Origin: Candidatus Moraniibacteriota bacterium
GTDB taxonomy: Bacteria; Patescibacteriota; Minisyncoccia; Moranbacterales; UBA11712
Length of the DNA stretch: 64,000 nucleotides
Assembly: GCA_028695025.1 (NCBI GenBank)
Contig: JAQVJV010000002.1
Location: 18,998 to 82,997, forward strand
Direction of reading: 5' to 3'
The position numbers were made by a program, and so were the translations under genes. The notes below the pieces were generated by a model that saw nothing but the letters and a program-made list of their open reading frames with translations, made no database searches and had not been told where the DNA came from. The number at the start of each line of letters is the position of its first letter. Position 1 is the first letter of the stretch. Below are positions 21,170-29,883 of this stretch, one piece after another.

Positions 21170-21631
21170 TTATTCCGGGTTTTCTTCGAGAATTTCTGTC
21201 AGTTTTTCGTCGAGGTCGGAAATTTCCACCTTAGGTTTTGTTTCCGGAGCAACCGCCGGTTCTTTCGGTCTGGCTTCTGTTTTTTTATTAACTTTTTCTT
21301 CCGGTTTTTCTTCCCGAACCTTTTGTTCGCTCATCGGCTTTCCAATTTCATCGGCGCGGACGATCAAGTGGCGCATCACTTTGTCGTTGAGGACCATGCG
21401 CCGGTTGATTTCCGTCAGATTCTCTTTTTCTTCGAGGGTGAAGCGGCAGAAGCTGAAAAATCCGTGGGTTTGCTTCTTGATCGGATGGGCGAATTTCCGT
21501 TTTCCGATGTCGGAAAAATCCGCGGAAATTTTTCCGCCGCGGCCGATGATTATCTCCTCAATCTCCCTTTTGATTTCAGGGATCCTTTCTTCATTGGCGA
21601 GAGAGGTGAAGAATAACAGTTCGTATTCCAT
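21170..21631 (-). CDS. rpsF: 30S ribosomal protein S6
   Basis: MEYELLF..GKRKFAHPIKK..VMRHLIV; rpsF-ssb-rpsR order; alternative TTG start at 21640. Confidence 0.95.
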   Translation of the reverse strand: MEYELLFFTSLANEERIPEIKREIEEIIIGRGGKISADFSDIGKRKFAHPIKKQTHGFFSFCRFTLEEKENLTEINRRMVLNDKVMRHLIVRADEIGKPMSEQKVREEKPEEKVNKKTEARPKEPAVAPETKPKVEISDLDEKLTEILEENPE

Positions 21632-21747
21632 GTTTTTCAATTAAATTAACAAATAAAATCCGCTAAAGAAAGCCCTGTTCAGCGGAATTTTTCTCTCTAT
21701 TCCCGTGAGAATGCGAGACGGAGAGAATATGGACTTTCTTGATTGTT

Positions 21748-21930
21748 TACCCTGTTGAATTCGCTCCGCGAAATTTTGCGAAGCAAAATTATTCAACTGG
21801 GTAGAAGTAGCCTACCATAGCGATCCATTTTTGGCAAGCTCTATATCTTAAACTCAATTACCCCGTAAAATTTTGCTTTGCAAAATCACGGGGCAGGCCC
21901 CGTATAGTCGCTTTGCTCCCATGGGGCAGG
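21748..21930. repeat. cluster of three ACCCYG...CGGGG(CAGG)-type palindromic elements
   Basis: 21748-21803, 21859-21897 and 21897-21930; related copy at 35139-35177. Confidence 0.7.
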
Positions 21931-21945
21931 CATCTCCATGCAGAA

Positions 21946-22995
21946 TTAAATCTTGAACTCAATCACATCACCATCTTGGACAATATAATCTTTTCCTTCC
22001 GTGCGGAGCGTTCCCAATTCGCGGGCGCTGGCCCACGATCCGGCCTCGAGCAACTTTTCCCAGCTGATCACATCCGCGCGGATGAATTTTTCTTCGAAAT
22101 CGGTGTGGATGGCGCTTCCGGCCTGTGGGGCGCTTGAATTTTTCTTCACTGTCCAGGCGCGGGTTTCGTCGGGACCGGTGGTGAGGAAAGTGATGAGCCC
22201 TAAAATTTCATAGGCTTTGAGAATCAACTGATCAAGATTTGATTTCATGCCAAGTTCTTTGGCTTCCTCCACCGACATTTCGGAAAGTTCTTCTTCTATT
22301 TTGACATCGATAGGAACAGTATTTTCGAGAAGATTCAATCTTCGGTCTCCGAAGGTTGAACCTTCAGAAATATTCGTATTCAAGACAAACAACATCGGCT
22401 TCCAGGTGAGAAGCTGTATGTCGCGGACAAGCGAAAAATCCTCTTCTGATAATTTCAGTTCGCTGGCCAGTTTCCCCCCATCCAAAATATTTTTGATATT
22501 TTTCACAATTTCAAGCGCTTTTGCGGCAACTTTATCTTGTCCGCGGGCTTCTTTTTCAAGTCTCGCTATTCTTTTTTGCACGGTTTCAATGTCGGCGAGA
22601 ATGAGTTCGGTGTTGATCACTTCGACATCGCTCTCGGGATCAATCTTATTGTGAACGTGGGTGATGTCGCTATTCTCGAATCCGCGAACGACTTGCGCGA
22701 TTGCGTCCACCTCCCGAATATGCGAAAGGAATTTGTTTCCCAAGCCCTCGCCTTCGGCCGCGCCGCGGACCAGTCCCGCGATGTCGACAAACTCAACCAC
22801 CGTCGGGACGATTTTCGCCGAGCCTGACATTTTCGCCAGTTTTTCGAGGCGCTCATCGGGCACGCGAACAACACCGACGTTCGGTTCGATGGTGCAAAAA
22901 GGATAATTGGCAATATCCACCGGATTTTTGGTGAGAGCTTTGAACAATGTCGATTTCCCGACATTTGGAAGCCCTACGATTCCGACCCGAAGCAT
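21946..22995 (-). CDS. ychF: redox-regulated ATPase YchF
   Basis: GIVGLPNVGKSTLF, NYPFCTIEPN, GLGNKFL, EGKDYIVQDGD. Confidence 0.98.
   Translation of the reverse strand: MLRVGIVGLPNVGKSTLFKALTKNPVDIANYPFCTIEPNVGVVRVPDERLEKLAKMSGSAKIVPTVVEFVDIAGLVRGAAEGEGLGNKFLSHIREVDAIAQVVRGFENSDITHVHNKIDPESDVEVINTELILADIETVQKRIARLEKEARGQDKVAAKALEIVKNIKNILDGGKLASELKLSEEDFSLVRDIQLLTWKPMLFVLNTNISEGSTFGDRRLNLLENTVPIDVKIEEELSEMSVEEAKELGMKSNLDQLILKAYEILGLITFLTTGPDETRAWTVKKNSSAPQAGSAIHTDFEEKFIRADVISWEKLLEAGSWASARELGTLRTEGKDYIVQDGDVIEFKI
22329..22365. repeat. GAAGGTTGAACCTTC-family palindrome read in-frame within ychF
   Basis: gaagattcaatcttcgg-tct-ccgaaggttgaaccttc; same family as 59089-59130. Confidence 0.75.
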
Positions 22996-23046
22996 AGATT
23001 TATTTGAAATTGAAATTGTTTATTGCTAAACTATTATTGCAATAAA
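22982..23046. repeat. 65-bp direct repeat, copy 1 (ychF first codons plus leader)
   Basis: identical to 25406-25470. Confidence 0.95.
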
Positions 23047-23399
23047 ATTAACTAAAATCAAGATTTTGACAAAACCGAAGAAAAGGGCGGCGGCAAGGAT
23101 AATATCGCCACAGTCAAACTCATTGAGGTTCTAGATAATGCTGATTTATATATCGAAGAAAAATCTTCTAGTCTAGAGCCATTGAAAATATTTTACAGGA
23201 AATAGATTTGCTCTTGAAGAAGAAAGATAATCTGGCGGGCAAGTATTTGTTTGGTGCCTTTCAAAATGTGCGCAAGCAATTGATGCGGGCATTGATGTTT
23301 AAAAACCTCATCACGGAAGGGCATATCTCAAATTTGGCAAGATTCTCAACGATTGCCAAACTTATTCACCAAGCAAAACAGATTGAATGAATTGGATCG

Positions 23400-23669
23400 G
23401 GCCAAGCGGATTTTCTTGTTGAGACAACAAAGGGCCACTTTCTCGTGGTAGAGGTGAAATCAAACCGGGAAAAAGAAGGCTACGAAAAGAACAAGGAGCA
23501 ATACAAAGGAAAAGCCGAGCAACTTTTCAGCGAGGTGTTTGCCAAAGAAATCGGTTTCAAAGAATTTCAACAAGCCAACAAAAACTTTGAATATCGCATC
23601 ATCTTTGATGCTTCGCTCCAGAAAAGGCAGCAGGAGCTTCTGCAGGGCATTGAAAAATTTGAAAAATAA
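23400..23669 (+). pseudogene. C-terminal remnant of a PD-(D/E)xK nuclease, type III restriction Res-like
   Basis: ADFLVETTKGHFLVVEVKS motif; no helicase portion upstream. Confidence 0.55.
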
Positions 23670-23689
23670 ATCAAGAAATCAAAATTGAA

Positions 23690-23738
23690 AAATAAAATCC
23701 GCCAGTCTGCGATGTTCTGCAAACTGGCGGTTCTTTTT
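23690..23738. repeat. 49-bp direct repeat / terminator-like hairpin, copy 1
   Basis: aaataaaatccgccagtctgcgatgttctgcaaactggcggttcttttt, identical at 24735-24783. Confidence 0.95.
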
Positions 23739-23757
23739 ACGCCTTTGAACGCTCGGT

Positions 23758-24618
23758 TTAGGCCGTTTGTTGCCGCATAGCGTCGAACTGCGGCCAGGGG
23801 TCAAACTGCGAACCGATGCCGGGGATGATGTGCTCTTGCCTGCCCTCACCCATATAGCACCGAACTTTGGCGTTGCCTTCCGCATCCAGGTCAAAGCGGT
23901 CAACGATTTTCTTGCCGCCGCATCCACAGGGGCAGTCAACTTCAATCTGTATGACCGGGAAAAGAGGCCTCCCGTCTTCCCCGATGGGATATTTTGGGAT
24001 AGAACCCTCACGGCGACCGAAGGAATTGAAGTTTTCGTGGTTGATATGTTTGGCCATCTTCTGGAGGTCAGCCATAGGGTAGTTGGGAAATTCATCGCCG
24101 GGAAGGTCTGCCCCCATAATGCGGTTCATCAGCTCAATGAGCCTGTGGCTGCCCGCAGTGCGAGCATCGTGATTGAAAAAGGAGTAGAGGGCCTTGCCTT
24201 CCTGAACCAGGGAGAGGTCTTTCGGACGGGAGAAAATCATTTCCGCCCCGCCGTAGTCCATAACTATCTGGTAAATGAAGGTTTTGTCCGCGGGGCAACG
24301 CTTCCGGATTTTGTTGACTAGGTTTTGGACGATGTCCTTTTCTTGGGCTACCGACCAGACCATAATGAGGAAAACTGCCACGGCTTCTTCGGCTTCCCGG
24401 ATGCGGCGGATGAGCCCGCCCTTCAATTTGCCGATTTTCCGTATGAGGCCTTTCCTTTTTTTAAGGCCAACATAGGAGACAACTTGCGGGTGAAAGCTGT
24501 TGAAGCCGCGATACATCCAGAACCCCGACATAAGCTCCTCTATATCAGAGCCGTCGTAGGTTCGTTGCCCGATAAAAACGGGCAGAGCCGAAACCTCTTC
24601 TTTTTTGAAAGTCCTCAT
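23758..24618 (-). CDS. hypothetical protein with C-terminal Cys cluster
   Basis: 286-aa ORF with GAGGAGG Shine-Dalgarno; CPCGCG..C..H possible metal site. Confidence 0.7.
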   Translation of the reverse strand: MRTFKKEEVSALPVFIGQRTYDGSDIEELMSGFWMYRGFNSFHPQVVSYVGLKKRKGLIRKIGKLKGGLIRRIREAEEAVAVFLIMVWSVAQEKDIVQNLVNKIRKRCPADKTFIYQIVMDYGGAEMIFSRPKDLSLVQEGKALYSFFNHDARTAGSHRLIELMNRIMGADLPGDEFPNYPMADLQKMAKHINHENFNSFGRREGSIPKYPIGEDGRPLFPVIQIEVDCPCGCGGKKIVDRFDLDAEGNAKVRCYMGEGRQEHIIPGIGSQFDPWPQFDAMRQQTA

Positions 24619-24734
24619 CCTGCTTCCTCCTCAAAGCTGAATTTTACGCTGAAACATCGCATTCTCTGTTAGGAAAAGCGATAAATCATTAAAGCAATAA
24701 ATGTCCCTGATGTCAATCTGGGCCATTTTTCAGT

Positions 24735-24783
24735 AAATAAAATCCGCCAGTCTGCGATGTTCTGCAAACTGGCGGTTCTTTTT
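24735..24783. repeat. 49-bp direct repeat / terminator-like hairpin, copy 2
   Basis: identical to 23690-23738. Confidence 0.95.
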
Positions 24784-24789
24784 GTGATT

Positions 24790-24927
24790 TTAGTCGATAG
24801 TCAAGCTATCGAGAACCCAACTTTCCAACGCTTTGTTTGGAAACTCCTTGATTTCCTCGCGGTCTTCGCATTCGGATATTCGGGCCTTGTTGGCTACGAT
24901 AACTTGCATTGGAGTATATTCACTCAT
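24790..24927 (-). CDS. small hypothetical protein (45 aa)
   Basis: MSEYTPMQVIVANKARISECEDREEIKEFPNKALESWVLDSLTID; overlaps the stop of 24920-25180 and ends just before the hairpin. Confidence 0.4.
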   Translation of the reverse strand: MSEYTPMQVIVANKARISECEDREEIKEFPNKALESWVLDSLTID

Positions 24928-25180
24928 TACCACGCTCTCGGTAAGCACGCAGCAGGTGTTTGAGCTTCGTGCATTCCGCCTTGAACCAGCGAGGGTCGAG
25001 CCAAGTGCGGTTTAGGCCAAGAATATCGTCGATGTATTCCCGGGCCTCTTCAGGCGTGGTATCGTCCTCTTCCCGCAATTCCCAGATGAGTGCTTTGATA
25101 TGAGGCAAGTCATCTTTCTTTGGGAATAGCTTCAAATGCTTGCAGATCGGCATCAGAGTGAAAACCGGATGTATCGGCAT
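24920..25180 (-). CDS. hypothetical protein
   Basis: 86-aa ORF with AAGGGGG Shine-Dalgarno. Confidence 0.6.
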   Translation of the reverse strand: MPIHPVFTLMPICKHLKLFPKKDDLPHIKALIWELREEDDTTPEEAREYIDDILGLNRTWLDPRWFKAECTKLKHLLRAYRERGNE

Positions 25181-25249
25181 AATTTCCCCCTTGATTGTAA
25201 AATGGCTTCAGAATAGGCTACCAACAAAAAGTTTTAGTGTCAATAATCG

Positions 25250-25400
25250 TTATTCAAACGGCACTGACCGCATAATTCTTCCTTTTTAATTTCAAGCCAC
25301 GATTATTCGCTCATACTGCGGCGGTGGCAGTTTTATCGTGAAAGCGAAAGGGATGATTTTTTCAGAATTGCCGTTTGTGAAATGTCTGATAGCGTTCGCT
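25250..25400 (-). pseudogene. 3' gene remnant with two in-frame stops, paralog of 26607-26745
   Basis: FTIKLPPPQYERIIVA*N*KGRIMRSVPFE*. Confidence 0.65.
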
Positions 25401-25405
25401 CCGTG

Positions 25406-25470
25406 CCGACCCGAAGCATAGATTTATTTGAAATTGAAATTGTTTATTGCTAAACTATTATTGCAATAAA
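25406..25470. repeat. 65-bp direct repeat, copy 2
   Basis: identical to 22982-23046. Confidence 0.95.
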
Positions 25471-25658
25471 GCGGTTAAAAATCAAGATTTTATAAAAAAT
25501 GGACACATACTGGTAATTTCTAACGAAAATCATATGGGCATCAAAGTTGAGTTCAATCCCGATTTGGCACTCCGTGACATTTCGGGAAAAAATTGACAAT
25601 CAGCTGGATATTCTGTAATTTTTCACAAAAGCAATTTTCTCTTGAGAGGGGGAGAAAT

Positions 25659-25934
25659 ATGACCGGCGAACAGATAAAAAAGGCTATGGACGAGTATAGA
25701 GCGTTCTTTGAAAAAATGGGAGCTCCTAAAATCGATTATCCTCACGAAAAACTTCTTGACGTTCCCGTGCGGGGTTTAGCTCATTGCCACGGGATGCTGG
25801 ATAAAATGGAATAATTTTTGAAAGAGGGCCGCATTGAAAAGGCGATGCGGTGGCTCTGCTTCATTCAGGGATGCCTCTGGTCAAACGGCTATTATACCAT
25901 TGGCCAATTGGCCGACCATAAACGAGGGGAGTGA
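25659..25934 (+). pseudogene. hypothetical gene with an internal TAA stop
   Basis: strong SD; MTGEQIKK..HCHGMLDKME*FLKEGRIEKAMRWLCFIQGCLW continues in frame past TAA 25812-25814. Confidence 0.65.
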
Positions 25935-25937
25935 AAG

Positions 25938-26315
25938 ATGACATATTACGAGGGATACGAAGTGAAAACCTGCACGCCAGCCGACTTTCAAGACACGATT
26001 TGCGACTGCCTGTGCGACGTTATGGTTTCCGAAGCCGATGAAAAACCGGGATGCATCGTAATCCCGACCAATCTCAACTTGCGGTATTCGGAAAAAGGCG
26101 GATTGGGCCTCGCCATTGCTGGCTTCTATGTGGCCATCCCCAGTTTTGAAAATCCGCCGAAACGGGAAGAAACCATCAAAATTATCCGGGAGGCATACGA
26201 GACTATGGTTCAGTCAATCGCGGCTCTTCCGATGAGAATTGGAGAAATACGGGAAATCCCAATTGTTCCGGACGCGGAATACAACCTCGAAATTGAACTT
26301 CATCATCTGCAATAA
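25938..26315 (+). CDS. hypothetical protein
   Basis: 125-aa ORF with GAGGGGAG SD, 3 bp after the previous stop. Confidence 0.65.
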   Translation: MTYYEGYEVKTCTPADFQDTICDCLCDVMVSEADEKPGCIVIPTNLNLRYSEKGGLGLAIAGFYVAIPSFENPPKREETIKIIREAYETMVQSIAALPMRIGEIREIPIVPDAEYNLEIELHHLQ

Positions 26316-26337
26316 AGACCAAGGGAGGGCTCTGGAG

Positions 26338-26538
26338 ATGAGAAAATCAGAATTGAAGCCGGGAATGAAGGTCAAGAACAAAATTTCCGGCCGGGTCGGC
26401 GAAGTCAAGGGCCTTCCCGATGGCGAATTGGGTTGTGCCGATTGGTGCGTGTCAATTCGTGCTCGCACGATGTCGGGCAAGCACAAAGGGAAGTGGGATT
26501 ATCCCATCTGGAACGTAGCAAGCCTCGAAGCTGCCTAA
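26338..26538 (+). CDS. small basic protein, possible SH3/KOW-like barrel
   Basis: MRKSELKPGMKVKNKISGRVGEV; GGGAGG SD; followed by a hairpin at 26572-26603. Confidence 0.55.
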   Translation: MRKSELKPGMKVKNKISGRVGEVKGLPDGELGCADWCVSIRARTMSGKHKGKWDYPIWNVASLEAA

Positions 26539-26606
26539 ATTTCGCCGGAGGCCACAAATGGCCAATAAAACAAGACCTCAAGTCTCGCGACAAGGGGTCT
26601 TTTCTT

Positions 26607-26745
26607 TTATTCAATCGGGACAGAATTTATTATCCTGCCTTTTTCATTGCAGGACACGATTATCCGCTCGTAGCGAGATGGGGGCAGTTTTATCGTGAAG
26701 GTGGCTGAAAAATCTTTGCGCGATACTTGCGTGATTTTTGGACTT
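26607..26745 (-). pseudogene. 3' gene remnant lacking a start, paralog of 25250-25400
   Basis: FTIKLPPSRYERIIVSCNEKGRIINSVPIE*. Confidence 0.6.
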
Positions 26746-26824
26746 CAAAAAAGGCGGATACAAAATGTGTCCGCCTTGATTTTTTAACCTCACCCCGTCC
26801 CTCTCCTTATCAAGGGAGAGGGAG

Positions 26825-27901
26825 TTACAAATTCTTAATCTTGCCTTCGCCTTCGAGTTTTTTGACGACGTCGGAAACGAGTTGGGATTTGTTTTTGTCG
26901 GCGATGAGGATCGCGTCGGGCGTGTCGACTATTATCAAATCTTTTACGCCGATAGTGGTGATCAGTTTTTCCGATCCATAGACCAAGAGATTCTCGCTAT
27001 CGAAATCAAGGTGTTCGCCTTTTACGTTTACCAAATGTTCCTTGTTATTTCCGACCAAAGTTTCCTTGAGGGCGGTCCAGCTTCCGACATCGCTCCATTC
27101 CAACTCCAAGGGAATAACAGCGACGTTTTTTTCGTTTTCCAGAATGGCATAGTCGATGCTGTTTTTGTCCATTTCGGGAAATTCTTTTGCGAGCACTTTG
27201 GCAAAATTATTATTTTTCACGCTGTCGCGGATTTTCACAAGCCGTGCATAATCATCCGGGACATAGCTTTTGAATTTTTCGATGATCGTTTTGGTTTTCC
27301 AAAGGAACATTCCGCTGTTCCAGAAGTAGTTTTCTGATTCGAGGTATTTCTTGGCTGTTTCAAAATCCGGTTTTTCCACGAATTTTTCGGCGTGGAAAAT
27401 TTCCAAACCGTTTTTTTCGAGAGAGCCGTCCTTTTGGATATAGCCGTATCCCGTTTCCGGCGCGCTGGGCGTGATGCCGAATGTCAAAAGATATTCTTCA
27501 TGATTTTTCAAAAATTCCACGCCTTTTCGGATAGCTTCAAGAAGAACTTCCGGATTTTGGATAAAATGGTCGGCGGGGAAAACTCCCATGATTTCTTCTT
27601 CGTCATTTGCGGCAATCACGGCGGCGGCGAGAGCCACAGAGGGTGCGGTGTTTCGCCCTACCGGTTCAGCCAAGATATTCTCTTTTGGAAATTCAAGGAT
27701 TTCTTTTTCCACTTCGCTCACATATTCCTGGTTGGTGGCGACGTATATATCTTCCGGTTCGGCGATTTTCCGCAGGCGCAGGTAGGTTTCCTGAAGCATG
27801 GTTTTGTCGGAGGTGAGGCACTGGAATTGTTTCGGTTTGTTTTTCCGGCTCACGGGCCAAAGGCGGGTTCCTTTTCCGCCGGCCATGATGACGAGTTTCA
27901 T
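26825..27901 (-). CDS. manC: mannose-1-phosphate guanylyltransferase
   Basis: MAGGKGTRLWPVSR..PKQF, EPVGRNTAP, FVEKPD, WNSGMF, WSDVGSW. Confidence 0.95.
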   Translation of the reverse strand: MKLVIMAGGKGTRLWPVSRKNKPKQFQCLTSDKTMLQETYLRLRKIAEPEDIYVATNQEYVSEVEKEILEFPKENILAEPVGRNTAPSVALAAAVIAANDEEEIMGVFPADHFIQNPEVLLEAIRKGVEFLKNHEEYLLTFGITPSAPETGYGYIQKDGSLEKNGLEIFHAEKFVEKPDFETAKKYLESENYFWNSGMFLWKTKTIIEKFKSYVPDDYARLVKIRDSVKNNNFAKVLAKEFPEMDKNSIDYAILENEKNVAVIPLELEWSDVGSWTALKETLVGNNKEHLVNVKGEHLDFDSENLLVYGSEKLITTIGVKDLIIVDTPDAILIADKNKSQLVSDVVKKLEGEGKIKNL

Positions 27902-28020
27902 GTTTTCGGTGATCAGTGAACAGTGATCAGTGATCAATATCCAATGAAATTAATTGATAAGATATGATATACTCTGATACAATATTAGCGGAGGGCAGTT
28001 AATTTGTAAAACCAAAGAAT

Positions 28021-29367
28021 ATGGGTGAAATTAATCCGAAAATTTTCAAGGCCTATGATATCCGGGGGGTTTATCCGGAGGAAATAAACGAGGAAGCGGC
28101 GTATAGCATCGGCCGGGCTGCGGTCCAATATCTCGATGCCAAAAGGGTCGCGGTGGGCCGCGACATCAGGGAATCGAGCTCGGCGCTTTTTGAAAATCTG
28201 GCGAAAGGCATTACCGACCAGGGGGCGGATGTGTATGACTTGGGGCTTGCTTCCACGCCGATGGTTTATTTCGCTTCGGGGAAATTGGGGGTTGACGGCG
28301 CGATTGCTCTCACGGCTTCCCATAATCCGGCGGAATATAACGGAATGAAAATTTGCCGGGCGGAAGCGGTTCCGGTCGGAGAAAATAGCGGCTTGTTTGA
28401 TGTCCGGGATCTTGCGATTGCCGGAAAATTTCCAGAAGCTTCTCGAAAAGGGGAAATCATAAACAAAGAAGAAATCAAAAAAGAATACGTCGAATATTTT
28501 TCCGGGTTTGCCAAGCTGGGCGGGCGGAAGTTCAAGATTGTGATTGATTTTGCGAACGCGATGGGAATTTTGGAAAAAGAAATATACGGAAAATTTCCCG
28601 AAAATCTTGAAATAACGCCGCTCTATGAAAATTTTGACGGAAAATTTCCCAATCATGAGGCCAATCCCTTGAAGACGGAAACGCTTGCCGAACTTCAGGC
28701 GAAAGTGGTTGGAACGAATGCCGATTTGGGAATTGCTTATGACGGGGATGCCGATCGGGTCGGCTTTGTCGATGAGACGGGGCAAATCGTGCCGATGGAT
28801 CTCGTCACCGGGCTCATTGCCAAAATTGTCCTTGAAAAAAAACCGGGCGCGAAAATTTTCTACGACCTTCGTTCTTCAAAATCGGTGAAGGAATATATTG
28901 AAGAAAACGGAGGAGTGGCGCTTGAGTGTCCGGTGGGGCACGCGAATATCAAGAAAATCATGCGTAACAAAGGCGGCGTTTTTGCCGGCGAGCTTTCGGG
29001 GCACTATTATTTCCAAGAAAATTTCATGGCGGAGGCCTCGACGCTTGCGGCGCTTATGCTTTTGGGCGTGATGGCGGAAACGGGCGGGAAAATGTCGGAT
29101 CTTGTGAGAGGCATCAAGCGTTATTTCCACTCGGGGGAAATTAATTCCGAAGTGGCAGATAAAGATGCGGTTATTGCGGCGCTCAAGGAAAAATATTCGG
29201 ACGGAAAAATTTCAGAACTTGACGGCGTGAAAATCGAATATCCCGATTGGTGGTTTAATGTCCGGCCGTCGAACACCGAGCCGGTCTTGCGCCTCAATTT
29301 GGAAGCGGACACGGAGAAGTTGATGGAAGAGAAAAGGGATGAAGTGCTGGGATTGATCCGGGGGTGA
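28021..29367 (+). CDS. manB: phosphomannomutase/phosphoglucomutase
   Basis: FKAYDIRG, TASHNP, DGDADR, GELSGH, RPSNTEP. Confidence 0.95.
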   Translation: MGEINPKIFKAYDIRGVYPEEINEEAAYSIGRAAVQYLDAKRVAVGRDIRESSSALFENLAKGITDQGADVYDLGLASTPMVYFASGKLGVDGAIALTASHNPAEYNGMKICRAEAVPVGENSGLFDVRDLAIAGKFPEASRKGEIINKEEIKKEYVEYFSGFAKLGGRKFKIVIDFANAMGILEKEIYGKFPENLEITPLYENFDGKFPNHEANPLKTETLAELQAKVVGTNADLGIAYDGDADRVGFVDETGQIVPMDLVTGLIAKIVLEKKPGAKIFYDLRSSKSVKEYIEENGGVALECPVGHANIKKIMRNKGGVFAGELSGHYYFQENFMAEASTLAALMLLGVMAETGGKMSDLVRGIKRYFHSGEINSEVADKDAVIAALKEKYSDGKISELDGVKIEYPDWWFNVRPSNTEPVLRLNLEADTEKLMEEKRDEVLGLIRG

Positions 29368-29371
29368 TAGG

Positions 29372-29456
29372 CCCCTCTCCTTTTCCTAAAGGGAGAGTTG
29401 GAGAGGGTTTATTTATAACAAAAATCCCCCTTTAATCCCCCTTTATTAAAGGGGGA
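29372..29456. repeat. two REP-like hairpins (CCCTCTCC/CCCCCTTT family)
   Basis: cccctctcc..ggagagggttt and aatccccctttaatccccctttattaaaggggg. Confidence 0.7.
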
Positions 29457-29527
29457 AAATCTCGAATTTTTAAAAGCCCCGTCGCTGTTTTCCAGCCGGG
29501 GCTTTTGTTTTTTTGCTTAGTGCGTTA

Positions 29528-29830
29528 TTAAATTGTTCTGTCTCTGCAGTCATAACATTTGCCACAGTTAGAGCATTTTTTGTCACAATTACCGCCGTAA
29601 AGCAGAAAATATTGCTTACTTTTGCATTTAGGGCATTCTCCATGCGAGTTCCAAAGAGGTTCATTGATATCTTCCGCGCTTTTTTGCAGGAATTTTTGAT
29701 GTTGATCAATGAACTGTTGGAATTTTCCATCCGAATTTATTGGGGTTTTCGGCTTCATCACTTCAATCTCTGCATGTTGGCCAAAAAGATTGATTTCTTC
29801 AAGGGGAATTCTTTTTTCGGTCATGATCAT
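29528..29830 (-). CDS. hypothetical protein with C-terminal Cys-rich zinc-binding motif
   Basis: CPKC..C..CSNCGKCYDC; AAGGAG SD. Confidence 0.65.
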   Translation of the reverse strand: MIMTEKRIPLEEINLFGQHAEIEVMKPKTPINSDGKFQQFIDQHQKFLQKSAEDINEPLWNSHGECPKCKSKQYFLLYGGNCDKKCSNCGKCYDCRDRTI

Positions 29831-29883
29831 TCTCCTTCTGCAGTATATTTTTTCAATTGTTAATCGACTTTTTTTGTCGATCT

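Noticed and set aside
23690-24783. Integron attC sites
   Set aside because: The hairpins lack RYYYAAC/GTTRRRY ends and no intI is present; kept only as a repeated terminator-like unit
25250-26745. Diversity-generating retroelement TR/VR pair
   Set aside because: Differences are not adenine-specific and no reverse transcriptase is in the window
27985-28785. 266-aa minus-strand ORF
   Set aside because: Antisense shadow of manB
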